Shown here piece by piece: positions 27,276-36,527 of a DNA stretch of 64,000 bases. The stretch's first letter is position 1, and each line of letters starts with the position of its first letter. The position numbers and the translations under genes were made by a program. Source of the DNA: an uncultured Burkholderiales bacterium (lineage in GTDB: Bacteria; Pseudomonadota; Gammaproteobacteria; Burkholderiales; Burkholderiaceae_E); assembly GCA_937872345.1 (NCBI GenBank), contig CALMSQ010000253.1:5672-69671 (forward strand), written 5' to 3'. The notes under the pieces were generated by a model. It was not told where the DNA came from, made no database searches, and worked only from the letters and a program-made list of their open reading frames with translations.

Positions 27276-27767
27276 TTACTTGCCGTCGCGGCGCGCGACT
27301 TCCATCGCGATCGCCGCATCGGCCTCGCCCTTGTCGGTGATATCCTTGCCGGAGATCTCCGACGCCAGGGCGAGACGCCTGGGCACGGGCATGTTCTTCC
27401 AGGCCGGCACGATCTCGATCGCTGCCAGCCGCTTCAGTTCGGCCTCCGCAGCTGCGGCCGCGTCGCCGGAGGTGGTCTGTGAGTCGTCCGTTTCGTCGCC
27501 AGCACCGCCGGCGCCCTGCGACTGAGGCGGGGACGATGATCCCGTGGGATCACCGCCGCCCGCTGGCGCGGCAGGGGCCTGGAATGCTGGCGCGCGCGCC
27601 GGTGCCGCCTCGCCCGGCGGTTCCGGCGCCGCCTCGACGGCCGCGCCGAGATGCTGCCAGTGCACGGCCGAGGTCTCGGTGAGGCTGACGGTCTGGCCTT
27701 TCTTGAAGCCAGCGCCGTTGCCGTGCTCGTCGGGGTGGGTGTCACGGACGAAGAGAATACGAGGCAT
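27276..27767 (-). CDS. Small head-region protein with Pro/Ala linker
   Basis: FKKGQTVSL..SAVHW...GAA N-terminal domain, low-complexity linker, short helical C-terminus. Confidence 0.7.
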   Translation of the reverse strand: MPRILFVRDTHPDEHGNGAGFKKGQTVSLTETSAVHWQHLGAAVEAAPEPPGEAAPARAPAFQAPAAPAGGGDPTGSSSPPQSQGAGGAGDETDDSQTTSGDAAAAAEAELKRLAAIEIVPAWKNMPVPRRLALASEISGKDITDKGEADAAIAMEVARRDGK

Positions 27768-27806
27768 GCCGGACCTCTAGGTGTTTGAGAGCAGAGAGAC
27801 GCGCTG

Positions 27807-28262
27807 TTAGCCGACCATCTGGTCGACGGACGAGGCGTCGTAGCTCGACACCGGGCCGTGGCGGCCGTTGCTGCCGATCACGACAGCGCCGACATCCGAG
27901 GTCGCCGTGCCGACCGCCAGCGTCAGGCGCGCGAAGCGGTAACCGTTGTCGACGTCGAGCTCCTCGGCGCGCAGATGCAGCAGCGCCTGCTTGTTCGACT
28001 TGTCGGTGCCGGCCTGCGTCATCTGGGTGATCGCGCGCGCCGGCGAGATGTCCTTCGGCGAGCCGCCGTCGGTCAGGGCCTGCTCGAACTTTCCGTCGAG
28101 CGTCGCGCTGGAACCAAGATCGCCGGCCTGGATGATGGCCAGCAGATCCTGCCACTGGCTCATGTCGATCCAGCCGGTGGAGTAGGAGTTCACGGTGTAG
28201 GCGTCGGGGTCGATGTTGCCGACGACGCCGATCTGCTCGAAGAGCTTCGCGGTGTGAAGCAT
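27807..28262 (-). CDS. Capsid decoration / cement protein
   Basis: TGWIDMS...ELDVDNGYRF; directly after the MCP. Confidence 0.75.
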   Translation of the reverse strand: MLHTAKLFEQIGVVGNIDPDAYTVNSYSTGWIDMSQWQDLLAIIQAGDLGSSATLDGKFEQALTDGGSPKDISPARAITQMTQAGTDKSNKQALLHLRAEELDVDNGYRFARLTLAVGTATSDVGAVVIGSNGRHGPVSSYDASSVDQMVG

Positions 28263-28311
28263 GGTCCGAATCTCCGTTGCGCGCTGGCGTCTGTTGCCGC
28301 GCGCGGCTCTG

Positions 28312-28344
28312 AAAAGGGGAGACGGCGGGGTCTCCCCCGCCGTC
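28312..28344 (-). terminator. Terminator-like hairpin after the major capsid gene
   Basis: Minus strand GACGGCGGGG-GAGA-CCCCGCCGTC followed by TCCCCTTTTC. Confidence 0.55.
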
Positions 28345-28380
28345 GGTGTGTGTCGTCAGTTGCTCGGTGCTGCCGCGGGG

Positions 28381-29772
28381 TTACGCGCGCGCCTCGAGGG
28401 TCGTCGCCCAGGACAGCGTGTTGGAGCCGTTCTCCGGCGTGATCGACGAGCCCCACCAGGGCTGGCCGTTGACGCGGAAGATGAAGCGGAACGCCATCAG
28501 CGCCTGGTCGAAGTAGAAGTGCATCGACACGTCGGTCTTGATCTGCTGGCCGCGGGTCAGCAGCATGTACTGGTTCAAGTCGACCAGGATGATGTCGCCC
28601 TTGACGCCCAGCGTGGAGCAGGGGCTGACCGGGATCACCGGGCGACCCTTGAGGCGGCCATACGGGGTGTCGGCGGCGCCGCCCGGCGGCATGTAGGCCG
28701 GCACCGGCACCATGGCGCCGGGCGCGAACTCCATCGCCTCGAGCTGGGGCTCGATGTCCTGGTTGATCAGCCACACCGCGTTGCGGCGGCTCGGCGCGTA
28801 GAGGCGGGCCCACATCTTGTCGATGTTGGCCTTGTAGATCGTCGCGGCCGGCTGCCCGGTCTCCTTGGAGATCGTGATCAGGCTGTCGGCGTTGAGGATG
28901 CCCTTGGGCTGGCCGGCGCCGGAGCCGCGCACGATCGCGGTGTTCAGCTTGGCCTGCATCTTCGCCGGCGCCTTGGAGCGGATGAAGCTCTCGATGCCGG
29001 GGGCGTCCTCGAGCAGTTCCTCCGACACCGGCACCAGGCAGGTCATCTTGACCAGCCGGATGGTGTCGAGCTGCAGCGCGGGCTTCGACGGCGTGATCGC
29101 GCCGCCCTCGCCTTCCCAGTAGACCTGGACGCCACCGCTGGTCTGCCAGGGCGTCGTCTCGTCCTTCGGGATCGTCATCGAGCTGGCGCCGGTGACGAGC
29201 TGGTCGCAGCGGCTGGCGAGGCTGTCCTCGTTCAGCACCTTCTGCCAGATCTCCTTGCGCCACTCCGGCGGCACCGCGAAGCCGCCGTCGGCGCCGACGC
29301 CCTCGGCGCCGAAGGTCGACGTCGCGTTGAGGACAACGAGGCGGGGATCCGGCGTCGCGTTGGGCAGGCAGCCGTTCTTGACGTTGATGGCGAACTCGCC
29401 GAACGACTGGAAGCCGCCCTTCGGGTCCATCGGCCGCTTCGGCTGCGCCGGGATCGATGCGCGCAGCGGCGCCGGCTGGGTGCCGGGCTCCGTGGTGCGA
29501 CGGCCCGGGCCGGTCGTCGACGCGTTGAGGCTGGAGCGCACGTCGATCTGGCGGCGCAGGCTCTTCGCCTTGACGCCATGCGCCTCGACCGTCGCGAGCT
29601 CGTCCTCGGTCGGCTCGCGGCCCTCGGCGTCGGCGGCCTCGAGGATCTCCTGCGCTTCGGCCTGGATCTGGTCGAGCTGCGTCTGGAGAGCCTCGACCGA
29701 CACGGCATTCGCCATGACGCCGAACGGGATCGCCTGGCCGAGGCCGGCCAGGGCTTCTGCCTGGTTATCCAT
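28381..29772 (-). CDS. Major capsid protein (HK97 fold, N-terminal scaffold/delta domain)
   Basis: GADGGFAVPPE, VPVSEELLEDA, LKGRPVI and MAFRFIFRVNGQP motifs; coiled-coil N-terminus. Confidence 0.95.
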   Translation of the reverse strand: MDNQAEALAGLGQAIPFGVMANAVSVEALQTQLDQIQAEAQEILEAADAEGREPTEDELATVEAHGVKAKSLRRQIDVRSSLNASTTGPGRRTTEPGTQPAPLRASIPAQPKRPMDPKGGFQSFGEFAINVKNGCLPNATPDPRLVVLNATSTFGAEGVGADGGFAVPPEWRKEIWQKVLNEDSLASRCDQLVTGASSMTIPKDETTPWQTSGGVQVYWEGEGGAITPSKPALQLDTIRLVKMTCLVPVSEELLEDAPGIESFIRSKAPAKMQAKLNTAIVRGSGAGQPKGILNADSLITISKETGQPAATIYKANIDKMWARLYAPSRRNAVWLINQDIEPQLEAMEFAPGAMVPVPAYMPPGGAADTPYGRLKGRPVIPVSPCSTLGVKGDIILVDLNQYMLLTRGQQIKTDVSMHFYFDQALMAFRFIFRVNGQPWWGSSITPENGSNTLSWATTLEARA

Positions 29773-29886
29773 GAGAGTGGGACTCCATCTAGGGGAAGCG
29801 GCGTCTCGCGACGCGGCGGTCATGCGGTTGCCCAGGCCGCAGGATTCGAGGGGGCGTTACCCGGCTTGGTGCCGGGATCTCGGTGG

Positions 29887-30624
29887 TCAGCGGCGTATCG
29901 CCGCCTTCTTGATTTCAGCCATCGCCTTCGCCGCGGCGATGCGGCGCGGCATCAGGGCGGTCGGGATGTTCTTGAACTTCGACGGGTCCTGGACCGACGC
30001 GGCGACCTTGAGGTTCTCGACGATGCGATCGGCGAAGCTGCGCTCGACGCACTCCTTGCCGTTCATCCAGGTCTCGTCGTCCATCCACTTCTTGATCTCG
30101 GCGGCGCTGCGCCCGGTGCGCGCGACATAGGTGTCGCAGAGCGTGACGTTGATGCTGTCGAGCAGGGTGGCGCTGCGGCGGAGATCCTCCGCGCCGCCGC
30201 GCGCCCAGGTCCACGCGTTGTGGATCATCATGAAACCGCCCTCGGCGATCTCGATCTCGTTGCCCGCCATCGCCACGAAGGACGCCGCGGAGCACGCGAA
30301 GCCGTCGACGTGGGTGATGACCTTGGCCTGGTGCTGCGTCAGCAGCGTGTACATCGACCGGCCGGCGAAGACGTCGCCGCCCTCGGAGTTGATGCGCAGG
30401 TCGATCGTCCTGATGTTCTTGCCGAGTCCCTTGAGCTGGTCGGCGAAGCTCTTGGCGGAGGTGCCGTCGCCGTACCAGTCGTTGCCGATGAGACCGTAGA
30501 TGTAGATGTCGGCGCGATCCTCGGCGGTCTTCGCCATCTTGAGACCGGACGGCACCTTGGCCGCGGCGCGATGCGGGGGCATCTGCACCACGCTGTTCAT
30601 CACGGGGAGCCGATACTCGGGCAT
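29887..30624 (-). CDS. Prohead maturation protease (ClpP-like, S14)
   Basis: INSEGGDVF, DGFACSAAS, MMIHNAW and ETWM motifs. Confidence 0.93.
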   Translation of the reverse strand: MPEYRLPVMNSVVQMPPHRAAAKVPSGLKMAKTAEDRADIYIYGLIGNDWYGDGTSAKSFADQLKGLGKNIRTIDLRINSEGGDVFAGRSMYTLLTQHQAKVITHVDGFACSAASFVAMAGNEIEIAEGGFMMIHNAWTWARGGAEDLRRSATLLDSINVTLCDTYVARTGRSAAEIKKWMDDETWMNGKECVERSFADRIVENLKVAASVQDPSKFKNIPTALMPRRIAAAKAMAEIKKAAIRR

Positions 30625-30636
30625 CGCGGTATTCCT

Positions 30637-31623
30637 TCAGGTCCGGCCGTAGAGCCGGATCGTTTGGTCGTTGCCGATGTCGATGACGACCTCGACCAGC
30701 GAGCCGAGGTCTTCGACGGTCAGGTTCGTGGTGTTCATCGCGACGACGTTGAGATGCGCGACGCCATTGGCGCCCGGAGCGCCGGCCTCGCCTCGAGGAC
30801 CGATGTCGCCGCGGTCACCCTTGTGACCCCGCGGTCCGGCCGGGCCGGCGACGCCCTGCGGCCCCTGGGGGCCTTGCGCGCCGGTCTCGCCGCGATCACC
30901 GCGCTCGCCCTGCGGTCCTACCCACGGCCCGACCTTGGTCTCGTTGCCATCGGTGAAGACCACGATGAGGTCGCCATCCTCGACCCGGGTCTGCGCGATG
31001 CCGCGGCCATCCCGGCCGTCCCTGCCGTCGCGACCAGCCGGCCCGAGCTCGCCGATCGCGCCCTGCGGGCCTGCGACACCTTGCGGGCCGACCTCGCCGG
31101 CGACGCCCTGCGGCCCAGGCTCACCCTGCGGCCCGATCTCGCCACGCTCGCCCTGCGGGCCAGCCACACCCTGCGGACCGGTCTCGCCGGCCACGCCCTG
31201 CGGCCCCGGCTCACCCTGCGGCCCGATCTCGCCGCGCTCGCCCTGCGGGCCGGCGACACCCTGCGGACCGATCTCGCCGGCGACGCCCTGCGGCCCCGGC
31301 TCACCCTGCGGCCCGATCTCGCCGCGCTCGCCCTGCGGCCCAGCGGCGCCCTGCGGGCCGATGTCGCCGCGCTCGCCCTGCGGGCCAGCGGCACCCTGCG
31401 GGCCGGGCGCGCCGGCGAGGCCCTGCGGCCCAGGCTGGCCGTCGCGACCGTCCCTGCCGTCGCGGATAGGCCGCGCCTCGACGACCTCGAGCCGCTTCGC
31501 GAAGCCGCCGAGCACGGCGAGGATCTTGTCGAGCACCCCCGGCTGCTTCGGCTGCTCCGGCGCCGGCGGCGACGGGCTCGCGCGGTTCTGCACGATGATG
31601 GTGGGGACCGGATGATCAGACAT
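30637..31623 (-). CDS. Collagen triple-helix repeat protein
   Basis: Long Gly-X-Y runs (GPQGERGEI, GPQGVAGEI) between portal and protease. Confidence 0.9.
   Translation of the reverse strand: MSDHPVPTIIVQNRASPSPPAPEQPKQPGVLDKILAVLGGFAKRLEVVEARPIRDGRDGRDGQPGPQGLAGAPGPQGAAGPQGERGDIGPQGAAGPQGERGEIGPQGEPGPQGVAGEIGPQGVAGPQGERGEIGPQGEPGPQGVAGETGPQGVAGPQGERGEIGPQGEPGPQGVAGEVGPQGVAGPQGAIGELGPAGRDGRDGRDGRGIAQTRVEDGDLIVVFTDGNETKVGPWVGPQGERGDRGETGAQGPQGPQGVAGPAGPRGHKGDRGDIGPRGEAGAPGANGVAHLNVVAMNTTNLTVEDLGSLVEVVIDIGNDQTIRLYGRT
31060..31432. repeat. Collagen tandem repeats (CCCTGCGG units; 18/27-nt units and an 81-nt higher-order period)
   Basis: Near-identical blocks encoding GPQGVAGPQGERGEIGPQGEPGPQGVAGEx. 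Confidence 0.85.
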
Positions 31624-32962
31624 CGATCATCTCCGGCGCGAATCGCGCGATGAGGTCGGACAGCGCGTTGTAGCTGGACGGCAGCAGGGCCGTGCCCGGT
31701 GGCGCCGGTTCCGCCGCGGGCGCGGCGATCATCTCGCCGGCGCGCTCCATCAGCGTCATGTTGCCTTCGATGATGTACTTCTCGCCGCCGGCCTTCTTGC
31801 CGGGCTTCCTCATGTCCTCGAGTTCGGCCCAGTCGTCGGCGTTGATGATGCCGTTGCGACGCTGAATCGCGAGGCCTTCCTGGCGGCTCTTGAAGTCGCC
31901 GCGCTGAAGCCCCTTGAGGTCCAGCTTCAGCATGTGGTTGCGGCGGTTGAAGCCGAAGAGCTTGAAGTTCGCCTCCTGCTCGAAGCGGATCACCCAGGGC
32001 GTGATGCAGTCGACGACGACCTCGATCGAGAGATGCTCGACGTTGTTGTTCGTCATGCGCAGGAGGTGGAAGACCTTCTGCGGCGGTGCGCCGACCCAGC
32101 GACACATCTCCTCGATCTGGAACTGCATCGACTCGATGAACTGGCTGTCCTTCGGATCCACCGACGTCTTGGTGAACTTCATGCCGTTGTCGAGGAACAG
32201 CGGCTTGTGCGCCTTGCCGGGACCGCCGATATGCGTCGCCCGCCAGGCCGCCTCGAGCCGCTTCCGGCCAGGGTCCTGAAGCTCTCCGGCGCCCTCGATG
32301 ACGCCGGTCGGGCTGAGTCCATTGCCAAAGAAGGACGCACCGAACAGTTCGGTCGCTCGAGCCCAGCCGATCGACTGGGCGGCATACTCGACGACCGAGA
32401 TGCCGACGGGACCGTCACCGAAGCCGCGGATGTGGAAGACATCCATGCTGGAGAGCTGGACGACGGGCCCGTTGCCGCAGTCGTATTCGTAGATCAGATC
32501 GCCGGTCTCGGCGTCGCGCTTGATCTCGATGTAATCGGGGTGCAGCGGCCACAGCGCGACGGCGCGGCCGACGGCATCACGCTCGATCTCGGCGATGCCG
32601 TTGCCGTGCAGGATCGCCCAGGCCGTCAACGTCTCGCGAAACGCGAACGGACTGAGCTCGGGGTTCGCCCGCCAGTTGAAGAGCGTGTCGACGGGATGAG
32701 AGGCGACGAGTTCCTCGCCGGTCGGCGTCTGGCGCTTCACGCGCGCCGGCAGCTGGGCGACGGTCTGTGAGAGGTAGCGCCAGGCGGCGTAGAAGGCGGA
32801 GACCTGCAGGGCCCTGTCGTGCGGCCACGCCGGCACCCCCGAGACGGTGCGCGTGATGTACGGCAGCCGCGGCGTGTAGGGGTCGACCGGCTCCTGGGTC
32901 GAGCGGTCCATCACCATCGGCGCGCCGTACTGGTCGAGAATGGTGGAGGAGGCCTCTTCCAT
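31616..32962 (-). CDS. Portal protein (HK97 family)
   Basis: ALQVSAFYAA, LHGNG.AEI, LWPLHP, FHIRG and FFGNG..P.GVI motifs. Confidence 0.95.
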   Translation of the reverse strand: MEEASSTILDQYGAPMVMDRSTQEPVDPYTPRLPYITRTVSGVPAWPHDRALQVSAFYAAWRYLSQTVAQLPARVKRQTPTGEELVASHPVDTLFNWRANPELSPFAFRETLTAWAILHGNGIAEIERDAVGRAVALWPLHPDYIEIKRDAETGDLIYEYDCGNGPVVQLSSMDVFHIRGFGDGPVGISVVEYAAQSIGWARATELFGASFFGNGLSPTGVIEGAGELQDPGRKRLEAAWRATHIGGPGKAHKPLFLDNGMKFTKTSVDPKDSQFIESMQFQIEEMCRWVGAPPQKVFHLLRMTNNNVEHLSIEVVVDCITPWVIRFEQEANFKLFGFNRRNHMLKLDLKGLQRGDFKSRQEGLAIQRRNGIINADDWAELEDMRKPGKKAGGEKYIIEGNMTLMERAGEMIAAPAAEPAPPGTALLPSSYNALSDLIARFAPEMIDV

Positions 32963-34899
32963 CAGAAGTCCTCCTCGTCGGGCCGTTCGTCCTGCCACCG
33001 CTCGAAGCGCCGCTTGTGCTCCTCGAAGTCGGGGTGCCGCGGGTCGTTCAGGACCTGCGGCGACCAGTCGGTCCGCGTGTCCTTGTTGGCGTCGTTCTCG
33101 ACATCCTCCGACGAGGTATCGTCGCCGGCCTCGCGGTCGTACATCGACCGGCCCTGGGGCTTCGGGTTCGTTACCATCAGCCACGCAGCGTCCTGAAGGG
33201 CGCACCAGGGGTCGATCTTGGCGTCGCCGGCGTTCTGCTTCGTCGCCCGGATCGCCGTCGCCGTCGGCTCGATCTTCACGTTGCCGACACACCAGGCCAT
33301 GAGATTGCCGCCGCCGTGCAGCAGCGTCCCGTTGACCAGTTTCCGCTCCGTCGTCTTGATCGCGTTCATCAGGCCGAAGCTCTGCGGCACGCCGATCAGC
33401 AGCTTGTTGTCGGCGTTGATGCCGATAGAGTTCATGGCGTCGACGAATTCGCCGAGCCCCGCGGGGTCGACCGCGACGCCGCCCAGCACGCCGGCGTCCT
33501 TGATCTTCTCGACGATGGCGACGATTTCGGTGAGGTCGCCGAGCTCGTCGCCCACGATCGTCAGCTCGAACCGCTTCGCGAAGTCCTGCAGGTTCTGCGC
33601 GATCGTCTGCCGGCGCTTCAGCACGCCCTCATGGCACCAGGCGTGATGCGCGGCGAGCCAGCGCTTCACCTTCGTCGGCCGGACTATCCCGTCGGGGTGA
33701 CGGACCATCATCTCGGTTTCTTCGCGTTCCCGGCCCAGCACGCAGAGGCCGAAGAGATCGTCGAGGCCGCCGCCATCGATGCCGACCACGACGACTTCGC
33801 AGCGCTCGAGGATGACGTCGACGGACTCGCCGAACGACATGTCGGTGAGCAGGGGATCTGCCCGCCGCTCCCAGTATTCGGCGCCGGCCCAGCGATCGCT
33901 GCGCAGCCCGAGGCCGATCTCGATGTTGAAGTGCTGGGATCCGAAGAGCACCAAGGCCTGGGGGCCTTCGCGCTCCGCCTTCATCAACTCACGCTCGAGG
34001 AAGGCCTCGTCGACCGATCGACCCATGTTCGGGTTGACCAGGGGCCAGTATTTCCGCTGCTTCCACCTCGAGCTGGTGATGATCTTGCGCGGCAGCTCGT
34101 AGAGGATCGGCAGCAGCGGCAGCGCCAGCTTGCCGTCGCGCACATCGCGCGCGTTCTGCAGCTCCGACTTGAAGACTCCCGACGGCGGATCCTTCGACTG
34201 CGTCGTGATCTGGATGAGAAACCCGTCGGGCCGCGCCGCCAGGGCGCCGCGGATCTCGACGAAGATGTCGGCCGCCCGCGACTTCGACGCGAAGACGTGG
34301 GTCTCGTCGATCAGCGTCCCGGTCGACTTCAGACCGGTGACGGTGTCGGTGTCGGCCGCCTTGACCTCGAGCTTTGCGTCGCTCGTCCGGTGCGTGATGG
34401 TCCGGATATGCGTCTGGATGTGGAATTTCCGCGACAGCGCGGGGTCCAGACGGATGGCGCCGGCGGCCTGCTTGAACGATCGATCGGCGATGTCCTTGGT
34501 CGGCGCGATCAGCGAGAACTCGGCTGCCGGCCTTACATTCAGGATCAGCGCCGTCAGCATGATCGCCGCGGCCGAGCTGGTCTTCGCGTTCTTCTTGGGG
34601 ATGAGCCAGAAGAATTCCTGGATCAGCCGGCGGTTGGTCTCGACGTCGAAGCTGCCGAAGATGGCTTCGACGATCGGGAACAGCCACGGCCCGGCGGCCT
34701 CGCCCATCGTCGGTGTCCCGACGACGTCGTGCATGCGCAGCCGCTTGAAGACCCTGAGCGCTCGAGCCGCTTCCTCCTCGAAGAGCGGCAGATCCGGGAC
34801 CAGCGATTCGCCGGCTAGAAGTTTGGTCTCCCAGTTCGGGAGCGCCGTCGACCAGACAGGCGCCGGGACCAGCGCCCCTCCTGTCGCGAAGTCGGCCAC
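32962..34899 (-). CDS. Terminase large subunit
   Basis: Walker A variant IPKKNAKT, Walker B LIDETH, ITTQS, GIDGGGLDDL and KIDP motifs. Confidence 0.95.
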   Translation of the reverse strand: MADFATGGALVPAPVWSTALPNWETKLLAGESLVPDLPLFEEEAARALRVFKRLRMHDVVGTPTMGEAAGPWLFPIVEAIFGSFDVETNRRLIQEFFWLIPKKNAKTSSAAAIMLTALILNVRPAAEFSLIAPTKDIADRSFKQAAGAIRLDPALSRKFHIQTHIRTITHRTSDAKLEVKAADTDTVTGLKSTGTLIDETHVFASKSRAADIFVEIRGALAARPDGFLIQITTQSKDPPSGVFKSELQNARDVRDGKLALPLLPILYELPRKIITSSRWKQRKYWPLVNPNMGRSVDEAFLERELMKAEREGPQALVLFGSQHFNIEIGLGLRSDRWAGAEYWERRADPLLTDMSFGESVDVILERCEVVVVGIDGGGLDDLFGLCVLGREREETEMMVRHPDGIVRPTKVKRWLAAHHAWCHEGVLKRRQTIAQNLQDFAKRFELTIVGDELGDLTEIVAIVEKIKDAGVLGGVAVDPAGLGEFVDAMNSIGINADNKLLIGVPQSFGLMNAIKTTERKLVNGTLLHGGGNLMAWCVGNVKIEPTATAIRATKQNAGDAKIDPWCALQDAAWLMVTNPKPQGRSMYDREAGDDTSSEDVENDANKDTRTDWSPQVLNDPRHPDFEEHKRRFERWQDERPDEEDF

Positions 34900-34908
34900 A
34901 GCACGGGA

Positions 34909-35523
34909 TCAGTGCTTGCGGACACGGTCGAGATCGTCACCCCATTCGCCGCCCTGGCCGGCCTGCTCGGCGTCGATCGCCTGCTGCTCTTTCTTGCCGA
35001 GGCGCTTTTCCGGCGTATCCGTCGAATTCTTGCGCGTCACCGGCGCGTACATGCCGAGATGGCGGGCCATGTCGTTCAGCGCGCCGCGCTTGTCGTGCAT
35101 CTTGATCTTCAGCGCGCCCTCGGCGGATTGCTCGACCGAGGCGATCGCCGCTTTGATGTCCACCGGCAACTCGTCGGCCGACTTCAGCCTGACCCGGTTC
35201 GAGGTCGTGATCTCTTCCTCGCCGGTGTCCGGATTCTCGGTCATCCCGACGGCGTCGACCTTCCAGTCCACTACATCGGCGATGTTGGCAAATCCGATGC
35301 GCGACATCTCCAGCAGGACGCGGTCGGCAGTCACCTGGGTGCGCTTCGACCGCTCTTCCTGCGCTTTGGCGATAGCCGCCGCGATTCTACTTTGTCCCAC
35401 TAAACGGGAGCCGATCTTGTGCGCGGTGCGGGGGCTATAGCCCGCACGGATCGCGGCTTTGGTGGCGTTCAAATCGATGAGGTACTCATCGACAAATCGC
35501 GCCTGCCGGGGGCGAAGTGCCAT
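34909..35523 (-). CDS. Terminase small subunit
   Basis: RFVDEYLIDLNATKAAIRAGYS motif. Confidence 0.93.
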   Translation of the reverse strand: MALRPRQARFVDEYLIDLNATKAAIRAGYSPRTAHKIGSRLVGQSRIAAAIAKAQEERSKRTQVTADRVLLEMSRIGFANIADVVDWKVDAVGMTENPDTGEEEITTSNRVRLKSADELPVDIKAAIASVEQSAEGALKIKMHDKRGALNDMARHLGMYAPVTRKNSTDTPEKRLGKKEQQAIDAEQAGQGGEWGDDLDRVRKH

Positions 35524-35529
35524 CTAGGG

Positions 35530-35655
35530 CCTCGATTTCCAACGCGCGCCCAGGAAAAATTTTCTGCGCGTGCGCCCCTGTGCGGTCCGGACCCCCGGAA
35601 CGGCCAGAGAACAGACCCCCCCTCCCCCCTATGCCGGTAGGGGCGGCGGCGCGGC
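35530..35655. other. Probable cos / packaging initiation region
   Basis: Non-coding gap between HNH and terS with G-tracts (minus strand AGGGGGAGGGGGGG) and AAAATTTTT, the usual layout in HNH-terminase cos phages; exact cut site not determinable. Confidence 0.55.
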
Positions 35656-35659
35656 GTGT

Positions 35660-35989
35660 TCAGGCGGAGCGGAGACGCGCGGCGCGGGCGCTGGCCGTCT
35701 TGCGGGTATGGCAGCTGCCACAACGCGCGAGACCGTTCGCGCGATCGAATGGCGCGCCACCGTCGCGGAGCTCTTTGACGTGATCGGCGAATAGCCGGGA
35801 TGGAGTCCGCTCGGGCGCCATACACTGCGGATCCTGGCATTTGCCGCCAGCGCGGGCGATGACGTCAGCCGCCCATGCCCGATAGCGCGCGTCCCGGTAG
35901 ATCTCTTCCGTGATCTTGGGAGGCGGCTTTACGCGCCTAGGATCTATCATGGCGACGCGCGGCGACACGGTGCCTAGCCTGGCTGCCAT
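35660..35989 (-). CDS. Packaging-associated HNH endonuclease
   Basis: CQDPQC...ADHVKE..DGGA..D..NG...CGSCH..KT motif. Confidence 0.9.
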   Translation of the reverse strand: MAARLGTVSPRVAMIDPRRVKPPPKITEEIYRDARYRAWAADVIARAGGKCQDPQCMAPERTPSRLFADHVKELRDGGAPFDRANGLARCGSCHTRKTASARAARLRSA

Positions 35990-36003
35990 GGCGCGCGCTC
36001 CCC

Positions 36004-36039
36004 AAAAGCAAAGCGCCCGGCTATGGAGATCGGGCGCTT
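36004..36039 (-). terminator. Late-leader intrinsic terminator (tR'-like)
   Basis: Stem AAGCGCCCG/CGGGCGCTT followed by TGCTTTTG on the minus strand. Confidence 0.65.
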
Positions 36040-36075
36040 CGGGAGATCGTGGCGGACTGATCACCACGCGCACAC

Positions 36076-36105
36076 ACCATGCGCCACGCCTCCCCGTGCT
36101 GTCAA
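36076..36105 (-). promoter_or_regulatory. Putative late promoter (pR'-like)
   Basis: Minus strand TTGACA-N18-CATGGT upstream of HNH/terminase. Confidence 0.55.
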
Positions 36106-36194
36106 TAGGCGGTATATCCGGGCAGGATGACGCACTAACGGGAACGGCGCGCCATGGTGACCAGGGCGCGCCGTCTTGTGCTTTCCAGATCCTG

Positions 36195-36281
36195 CTATCG
36201 TCGTCGACGTCGGCGCCATTGCACCATGGCGACCACCAGGCGCGCCACAATGGCCAGCGCCGCTAGGGCAATCTCTATCAT
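36195..36281 (-). CDS. 28-aa hydrophobic peptide with poly-Arg tail
   Basis: MIEIALAALAIVARLVVAMVQWRRRRRR; ATGA overlap with the upstream gene and GGAG RBS. Confidence 0.5.
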   Translation of the reverse strand: MIEIALAALAIVARLVVAMVQWRRRRRR

Positions 36282-36502
36282 CCGGCCCACTCCCGCGCCT
36301 TCGCGGCGAGCTCCGCCAGCCTGTCGCGCTCCGCCTCGAGCATCTCCGCCAGTTCGCGCCAGACACCGAACGGGATCGGCCATGGTCCGCCGCTTGGCGC
36401 GTGATGCTCGCCGCTGGCCATGCGCTGCAGCGGCCGGGGCAGGATCCCCAGGGCGCGCGCCGCCGGTCCCTGCCAGCTATCGCCATAGAGCTCCCGCATC
36501 AC
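36278..36502 (-). CDS. Small HTH-like protein
   Basis: ELYGDSWQGPAARALGILPRPLQRM; start uncertain. Confidence 0.55.
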   Translation of the reverse strand: MMRELYGDSWQGPAARALGILPRPLQRMASGEHHAPSGGPWPIPFGVWRELAEMLEAERDRLAELAAKAREWAG

Positions 36503-36527
36503 AGACAGGAATTCGGTCGCTTGGCCA

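Noticed and set aside
31060-31432. CRISPR-like array
   Set aside because: The repeats are in-frame collagen Gly-X-Y codons without unique spacers; no cas genes
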